A stretch of DNA of 64,000 nt from Macrostomum hystrix (Eukaryota > Animalia > Platyhelminthes), in contig CATNEN010000001.1 of assembly GCA_950097015.1 (NCBI GenBank), forward strand, positions 8,742,001 to 8,806,000. The letters run 5' to 3'. The notes under the pieces were generated by a model, which was not told the DNA's origin, made no database searches, and saw only the letters and a list, made by a program, of their open reading frames with translations. A program made the position numbers and the translations under genes. Shown here piece by piece: positions 61,701 to 64,000 of this stretch (position 1 is the first letter of the stretch; each line of letters starts with the position of its first letter).

Positions 61701-63843
61701 AGTCGGTGGTTGTTAGACAAAGTCGGTGGTTGTTAGACAAAGTCGGTGGTTGTTAGACAAAGTCGGTGGTTGTTAGACAAAGTCGGTGGTTGTTAGACAA
61801 AGTCGGTGGTTGTTAGACAAAGTCGGTGGTTGTTAGACAAAGTCGGTAGTTGTTAGGACAGAGTCTGTGGTTGTTAGACAAAGTCGGTGGTCGTTTGACA
61901 AAGTCGGTGATTGTTAGACAAAGTCGGTGGTTGTTACACAAAGTCGGTGATTGTTAGACAAAGTCGGTAGTTGTTAGGACAGAGTCTGTGGTTGTTAGAC
62001 AAAGTCGGTGGTTGTTAGACAAAGTCGGTGGTTGTTAGACAAAGTCGGTAGTTGTTAGACAAAGTCGGTGATTGTTAGACAAAGTCGGTGGTTGTTAGGA
62101 CAGAGTCTGTGGTTGTTAGACAAAGTCTGTGGTTGTTAGACAAAGTTCGAAGTCGGGTTGTTAGACAAAGTCGGTGGTTGTTAGACAAAGTCTGTGGTTG
62201 TTAGACAAAGTCGGTGGTTGTTAGACAAAGTCGGTGGTTGTTAGACAAAGTCGGTGGTTGTTAGACAAAGTCGGTGGTTGTTAGACAAAGTCGGTGATTG
62301 TTAGTCAAAGTCGGTGGTTGTTAGACAAAGTCGTTGGTTGTTAGACAAAGTCGGTGGTCGTTTGACAAAGTCGGTGATTGTTAGACAAAGTCGGTGGTTG
62401 TTACACAAAGTCGGTGATTGTTAGACAAAGTCGGTGGTTGTTAGACAAAGTCTGTGGTTGTTAGACAAAGTCGGTGGTTGTTAGACAAAGTCGGTGGTTG
62501 TTAGACAAAGTCGGTGGTTGTTAGACAAAGTCGGTGGTTGTTAGACAAAGTCGGTGGTTGTTAGACAAAGTCGGTGGTTGTTAGGACAAAGTCGGTGGTT
62601 GTTAGACAAAGTCGGTGGTTGTTAGACAAAGTCGGTGGTTGTTAGACAAAGTCGGTGGTTGTTAGGACAAAGTCGGTGGTTGTTAGACAAAGTGGGTGAT
62701 TGTTAGACAAAGTCGGTGGTTGTTAGACAAAGTCGGTGGTTGTTAGACAAAGTCGGTGGTTGTTAGGACAAAGTCGGTGGTTGTTAGACAAAGTGGGTGA
62801 TTGTTAGACAAAGTCGGTGGTCGTTTGACAAAGTCGGTGATTGTTAGACAAAGTCGGTGGTTGTTACACAAAGTCGGTGATTGTTAGACAAAGTCGGTGG
62901 TTGTTAGACAAAGTCTGTGGTTGTTAGACAAAGTCGGTGGTTGTTAGACAAAGTCGGTGGTTGTTAGACAAAGTCGGTGGTTGTTAGACAAAGTCGGTGG
63001 TTGTTAGACAAAGTCGGTGGTTGTTAGACAAAGTCGGTGGTTGTTAGGACAAAGTCGGTGGTTGTTAGACAAAGTCGGTGGTTGTTAGACAAAGTCGGTG
63101 GTTGTTAGACAAAGTCGGTGGTTGTTAGGACAAAGTCGGTGGTTGTTAGACAAAGTGGGTGATTGTTAGACAAAGTCGGTGGTTGTTAGACAAAGTCGGT
63201 AGTTGTTAGACAAAGTCGGTGGTTGTTAGACAAAGTCGGTGGTTGTTAGACAAAGTGGGTGGTTGTTAGACAAAGTCGGTGGTTGTTAGACAAAGTCGGT
63301 GGTTGTTAGACAAAGTCGGTGGTTGTTAGACAAAGTCGGTGGTTGTTTGACAAAGTCGGTGATTGTTAGACAAAGTCGGTAGTTGTTAGACAAAGTCGGT
63401 GGTTGTTAGACAAAGTCGGTGGTTGTTAGACAAAGTCGGTAGTTGTTAGACAAAGTCGGTGGTTGTTAGACAAAGTCGGTGGTTGTTAGACAAAGTCGGT
63501 GATTGTTAGACAAAGTCGGTAGTTGTTAGACAAAGTCGGTGGTTGTTAGACAAAGTCGGTAGTTGTTTGACAAAGTCGGTGGTTGTTAGACAAAGTCGGT
63601 AGTTGTTAGGACAAAGTCTGTGGTTGTTAGACAAAGTCGGTGGTTGTTAGACAAAGTCGGTGGTTGTTAGACAAAGTCGGTGGTTGTTAGACAAAGTCGG
63701 TGGTTGTTAGACAAAGTCGGTAGTTGTTTGACAAAGTCGGTGGTTGTTAGACAAAGTTGGTAGTTGTTAGGACAAAGTCTGTGGTTGTTAGACAAAGTCG
63801 GTGGTTGTTAGACAAAGTCGGTGGTTGTTAGACAAAGTCGGTA
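58725..63843. repeat. 20-bp minisatellite (GTTAGACAAAGTCGGTGGTT), ~255 copies
   Basis: Direct periodicity; presumably within GPCR intron 2. Confidence 0.98.
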
Positions 63844-64000
63844 CAAAAAATCGATGGAAGCAATGACTATTTATATTTAATGTTAGTTTTACCTTGTGTT
63901 CTACAGTGAAACTTCAGAAATGTCAAATGACCAAGCATCAAATTGTATGGCTACATAAATAGTTCTAATCTCTAGCTTGTAAGTCCGAAGAAGTTGAACT

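Overview
Eukaryotic (animal) genomic DNA with GT-AG spliceosomal introns, AT-rich non-coding sequence and roughly 40% of the window in tandem arrays. Gene content and repeat density suggest a free-living flatworm such as Macrostomum (inference, not demonstrated). Four host genes can be reconstructed by hand. (1) A multi-exon Slo2/KCNT K+ channel on + (796-21604, 5' end outside the window). (2) A convergent ZIP8/ZIP14-type (LIV-1) metal transporter on - (23471-30065). (3) An intronless ~1200-aa TRP channel on - (31184-34816). (4) A 5-HT7-like aminergic GPCR on + (48340-55080, last exon not found in the window). A complete, apparently intact hAT DNA transposon (42727-47376; 12-bp TIRs, perfect 8-bp TSD, 694-aa transposase) carries a nested MITE-like element. 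There are also two tRNA/CORE-type SINE copies, a ~400-bp-arm intronic inverted repeat and about 25 tandem arrays. The best candidate for novelty is the TRP channel: an ankyrin-repeat N-terminus joined to a TRPM-like MHR4/transmembrane/TRP-box module. Secondary points are dispersed, period-sharing minisatellite families that abut splice sites, and a possible SL-trans-spliced TRP-ZIP operon.
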